Below, in pieces: positions 62,548 through 64,000 of a DNA stretch of 64,000 nucleotides. The translations under genes were made by a program, and so were the position numbers. Under the pieces are notes generated by a model. It made no database searches. It saw only the letters and a program-made list of their open reading frames with translations, and had not been told where the DNA came from. Numbering within the stretch: the first letter of the stretch is position 1; every line of letters begins with the position of its first letter. The DNA lies in NCBI GenBank assembly GCA_003557905.1, contig PWNH01000132.1:2920-66919 (forward strand). The letters run 5' to 3'. This stretch comes from Methanomassiliicoccaceae archaeon (GTDB lineage Archaea; Thermoplasmatota; Thermoplasmata; Methanomassiliicoccales; Methanomethylophilaceae).

Positions 62548-63702
62548 TCACAATCGGCGTATGGCGTCGTCGATGCGCGCCATGCCCTCTTTGATGTGCT
62601 CCTCGCTCGCCGCGTAGGATAGGCGGAAGTGCTTCTCACCGCAGGGACCGAAGGCCCCGCCCGGAGTGACGGCGACGTGCGCCTCCTTCAGGAGGTGGGT
62701 GGCGAAATCCTCGGAGTTCATGTCCGCCTCGTACTTGGGGAACACGTAGAACGCGCCCTTGGGTTTGACGCACTCGATGCCGTCGATGTCCTCGATGAGG
62801 TCGCATACCAGGTCGCGACGCTTCTTGAACTCCTTCACCATGGCCTTCATCTTGTCCTGCGGACCTTGCAGCGCCTCTACGGCGGCGGGCTGTGTGAATG
62901 AGGTGCAGCACGTAACGGAGTGGGTCTGCAGCTTGTTGATGGCGTCGATGTTCTCCTCCGATGCGACCATCCATCCCAGTCTCCAGCCGGTCATGGCGTA
63001 GGTCTTCGACAGGCCGTTGATCGTCAATGTGCGGTCGAACATGCCATCCATGGATGCAATGGAGACGTGCTCGCCCTCGTAGATAATCTTCTCGTAGATC
63101 TCGTCGGACATCACCATTATGTTGTTGTCCTGGGCGATGTCGGCTATGGCCTTGATGTCCTCGCGGGGCATGACCGAGCCGCAAGGGTTGGAGGGTGAGT
63201 TCAGGATTATCATCTTGGTGCGTGAGGTCACACGCTCGGCGACGGACTCCGGGGTCATGGTGAACTCCGTCTCGTCACTCGTCGGCACGTACACCGGCCA
63301 AGCACCGGCGAGGCGGATGCAGGCCTCATAGGTCACCCAAGACGGGTCGGAGAGAAGAACCTCGTCCCCAGGGTCCAGGAACGCCAATGCCGCCATGAAT
63401 ATGGCGTGCTTGGTCGGTGTGACCAGGACGTTGGATGCCTTGCAGTCGATGCCGTTCTCCGCACGGGTCTTGTCGGCGATGGCCTTCCTCAACTCAGGTA
63501 TCCCCAGTGACGGCGTGTACTGGGTGAAGTTCTGTTTGAGCGAACCGATGCAGGAATCAATGATGTTGTCGGGGGTGCCGAAATCAGGCTCACCCATCGA
63601 GAACGAAAGGATCTCCACTCCCTCTTGGCGCAACTGGCTAACCACGTTGGAGATCTTCACCGTTCCGGAAACCGGGACGCTCTGCAGCCTCTTGGATACC
63701 AT
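62548..63702 (-). CDS. Aspartate/aromatic aminotransferase, class I
   Basis: 384 aa. GEPDFGTP, NSPSNPCG, SDEIYEKIIYEG, and NGLSKTYAMTGWRLGW (PLP lysine). Confidence 0.9.
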   Translation of the reverse strand: MVSKRLQSVPVSGTVKISNVVSQLRQEGVEILSFSMGEPDFGTPDNIIDSCIGSLKQNFTQYTPSLGIPELRKAIADKTRAENGIDCKASNVLVTPTKHAIFMAALAFLDPGDEVLLSDPSWVTYEACIRLAGAWPVYVPTSDETEFTMTPESVAERVTSRTKMIILNSPSNPCGSVMPREDIKAIADIAQDNNIMVMSDEIYEKIIYEGEHVSIASMDGMFDRTLTINGLSKTYAMTGWRLGWMVASEENIDAINKLQTHSVTCCTSFTQPAAVEALQGPQDKMKAMVKEFKKRRDLVCDLIEDIDGIECVKPKGAFYVFPKYEADMNSEDFATHLLKEAHVAVTPGGAFGPCGEKHFRLSYAASEEHIKEGMARIDDAIRRL

Positions 63703-63763
63703 TGACCACCAAAATACCAGAGGGTTACATATCCTTTGTTATCCACCGCTTACGATAATGCTT

Positions 63764-63786
63764 ATATCGTAGAAATTATACGATAT
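63764..63786. repeat. Perfect inverted repeat ATATCGTA-GAAATTA-TACGATAT, with an extra half-site TACGATAAT at 63751-63759
   Basis: Read directly in the 226-nt divergent spacer between the aminotransferase gene and pdxS. Confidence 0.45.
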
Positions 63787-63928
63787 CCGTATTGATTTCA
63801 AAGGGCAGTAAACCGAGTGACGGGGCGTGATTTCTTTTAAAAATAATGTACTTAAATGTTCATTTGTGTACATATATGTCCGAAAGTCTTAAGTAAAAAT
63901 GGACAATAACTCCAATAAGGTGAATTTA

Positions 63929-64000
63929 ATGGCTCTTGAACTCGACATGTCAAAACTCCGCCACGGCAGTGACCTCATCAAGAGGGGCTTCGCCAAGATG
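63929..64000 (+). CDS. pdxS: Pyridoxal 5'-phosphate synthase subunit PdxS, 5' fragment (runs off the window)
   Basis: First 24 codons MALELDMSKLRHGSDLIKRGFAKM match the PdxS N-terminus (G-x-x-L-x-K-R-G-F-A-K-M). AAGGTGA Shine-Dalgarno 5 nt upstream. Confidence 0.7.
   Translation, partial: MALELDMSKLRHGSDLIKRGFAKM

Noticed and set aside
1-64000. Searched for CRISPR arrays, rRNA genes, transposases/integrases, toxin-antitoxin pairs and restriction-modification or other defence genes.
   Set aside because: No regularly spaced direct repeats longer than the short operator-like repeats listed, no rRNA-like segments, and no ORF with recombinase, nuclease-methylase or Cas hallmarks.

Overview
Densely packed archaeal chromosomal segment. 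Coding DNA is GC-rich and only the short intergenic spacers are AT-rich (judged by eye, not computed). I can support about 70 protein genes and 3 tRNA genes, each with a genome-encoded CCA. I found no rRNA, CRISPR array, transposase, integrase or obvious defence genes. Many neighbouring genes overlap by 1-4 nt (ATGA, TAATG), and several promoters look leaderless, with a TATA box about 25-30 nt upstream of the start codon. Archaeal identity rests on the L21e-Rpo4-DUF655-KsgA cluster, L15e, S15, TBP, fibrillarin, Nop5, aIF5A, Kae1, a RecJ/GAN-like protein, family-B DNA polymerase, SMC-ScpA-ScpB, XPD and CDP-archaeol synthase. An MtrA-like corrinoid protein, Fae-like domains and an HTH-V4R regulator suggest a methanogen-related euryarchaeal or Thermoplasmatota-like lineage, but that is inference only. 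Other content: two PGM/PMM-family mutases, two sugar-nucleotide transferases, a flippase and two GT2 enzymes (glycan synthesis); an IMPase-NAD kinase-JAMM operon; an MFS-catalase-radical SAM block bounded by two tRNA genes; an MtnA plus class II aldolase pair; agmatinase; an ABC importer with no binding-protein gene; serA plus two aminotransferases; and the 5' end of pdxS at the window edge. The most unusual locus is 29.2-33.8 kb, where rtcA and a RibD_C/DHFR-fold reductase are followed by two tandem paralogues, each fusing a DapA-like aldolase fold to a formaldehyde-activating-enzyme (Fae)-like domain. In both copies the Schiff-base lysine of the aldolase fold appears to be replaced. Secondary candidates are an orphan soluble MtrA-like protein, a ThiI-like THUMP protein with a destroyed PP-loop, a rifampicin-phosphotransferase-like PEP-utilising enzyme coupled to an unknown 297-aa protein, and rpoF and DUF655 lying in one frame separated only by a TAG. 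All homology statements are by-eye comparisons with remembered family motifs; no database search was run.
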